DNA of 64,000 bases from Octopus vulgaris (Eukaryota): positions 33,976,001 through 34,040,000 of the forward strand of contig OX597837.1 in the NCBI GenBank assembly GCA_951406725.2, written 5' to 3'. The position numbers and the translations under genes are program-made. Under the pieces are notes generated by a model that was not told where the DNA came from, did not search any database, and saw only the letters and a list, made by a program, of their open reading frames with translations. This document shows, in pieces, positions 63,909-64,000 of this stretch. The first letter of the stretch is position 1. Each line of letters starts with the position of its first letter.

Positions 63909-64000
63909 AACGTGTGTGAAGGTGCTTGGTAGAGAAGGTTTTTTTTTCTCAGGAAAAGTAGATTGAATGGGGAACTCCCAGTATATTACTGGTATTTAAA

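Overview
Repeat-dense animal genomic DNA, probably octopus/cephalopod (inferred from the very high microsatellite load and several tRNA-derived SINE families). Only one host protein-coding gene is supportable: an Elk/TCF-family ETS transcription factor on the minus strand (56489-57646), with the whole CDS in one exon behind a splice acceptor. The rest is microsatellite plus decayed or nested transposons: Tc1, mariner and DD37D DNA elements, Helitron-like and hAT-like non-autonomous elements, HERO, R4/Dong, RTE and L1/Tx1 LINE pieces, three Penelope-like elements (PLEs) and at least five SINE families. Most listed ORFs are microsatellite or SINE artefacts. The most striking signal is a dense set of hammerhead-ribozyme (HHR)-like motifs. 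(i) A dispersed repeat with 4 complete and 2 truncated copies has the three HHR strands in a non-circularly permuted order (NUH strand, then GAAA strand, then CUGANGA strand), with compensatory changes in stems I and III between copies. (ii) About a dozen minimal type-I HHR motifs occur, many with recurrent core variants (U4C, A6U/C/G, G3-C8). Several lie at PLE 3' ends or as divergent pairs in fold-back elements. All folds were derived by eye and self-cleavage is untested.
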